DNA of 62,710 nucleotides, filler included, from a bacterium (GTDB lineage: Bacteria; JAMORN01), in assembly GCA_027063545.1 (NCBI GenBank). It is 21 parts of 21 records of this genome, joined end to end, with 100 filler letters (N's around TTAATTAATTAA, not from the genome) between each part and the next. Parts side by side here need not be neighbours in the genome. Positions count along the whole stretch, not along the records: positions 61,095 to 62,710 come from JAMORN010000093.1; 20 more parts are not named here. One strand, written 5' to 3'. Of this stretch, positions 62,268 through 62,710 are shown one piece after another; the first letter of the stretch is position 1, and each line of letters starts with the position of its first letter. The position numbers and the translations under genes were made by a program. A model generated the notes under the pieces. That model was not told the origin of the DNA and searched no databases. It saw only the letters and a program-made list of their open reading frames with translations.

Positions 62268-62708
62268 TTATCTCCTCTTTTTCAATTTATTAGCATTATT
62301 CCAAAATTTAAGTGATAATTTAATATAAATTTTTTTAAAAATTTTAACAAAAACTAGAAAATATTTATACCAGAATGGGTAAAATATTATTTCTTTCCCT
62401 TTTAAAATATTTTTCACCACATATTTTGCAAAATCTTCTGGAGATGTACCTCCAGAAGGAGTATCAGGCACTTTTTTTGATCCTAAAGAACGAGATGAAA
62501 ACCCTGTATTAATTCTTCCAGGTATAACCTCTATTATTTTTATATTATCATAAAAAAGTTCTGTTCTTAATGTTTTTGTTATCATAGATAAAGCACTTTT
62601 AGAGGCACAATATCCACCCATATATGGTACTTCTAAATAGGCTGCTACAGAAGTAATATTTGCTATATAACCAAAACTCTTTGATTTTTTAACTAAAGGA
62701 TATAAAAT
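62268..62708 (-). CDS. Short-chain dehydrogenase/reductase (5'-truncated)
   Basis: ANITSVAA, YCASK (YxxxK), VIPGRINT. Confidence 0.9.
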   Translation of the reverse strand: MLYPLVKKSKSFGYIANITSVAAYLEVPYMGGYCASKSALSMITKTLRTELFYDNIKIIEVIPGRINTGFSSRSLGSKKVPDTPSGGTSPEDFAKYVVKNILKGKEIIFYPFWYKYFLVFVKIFKKIYIKLSLKFWNNANKLKKRR

Positions 62709-62710
62709 TT

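Overview
This window is not continuous DNA. It is 21 assembly contigs (eighteen of about 1.6-1.75 kb, three of about 10 kb) joined by an artificial 100-nt linker, N44-TTAATTAATTAA-N44, so gene adjacency across linkers means nothing. Most contigs look like one very AT-rich, flagellated diderm bacterium using the standard code. They carry housekeeping genes (aroKB, purE, purF, pgi, pgk, prfA-prmC, rpmE, ftsY, mtaB, clpPX, xseAB, hisS, metA, thrH, glgX), flagellar genes with sigma54/sigma28 promoter motifs, c-di-GMP/c-di-AMP proteins, many orphan exported proteins and several pseudogenes. Several short contigs look foreign or accessory. (1) Contig 1 (1-1744) has no ORF in the standard code but is one uninterrupted 581-codon RecJ-like frame if TGA is read as Gly (genetic code 25), with 30 in-frame TGA codons, several at conserved Gly positions. 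(2) A PglB/STT3 oligosaccharyltransferase gene lies directly upstream of a secreted protein with a tandem (NDNST)x4 sequon array. (3) A coupled GHKL kinase/STAS/membrane-protein operon is a candidate conflict or defence module. (4) There is also a plasmid-like ParA plus AT-hook/RHH pair and a KDN-type nonulosonic-acid locus. I saw no rRNA, tRNA, CRISPR array or transposase. All family calls come from motif recognition by eye; no database search was run.
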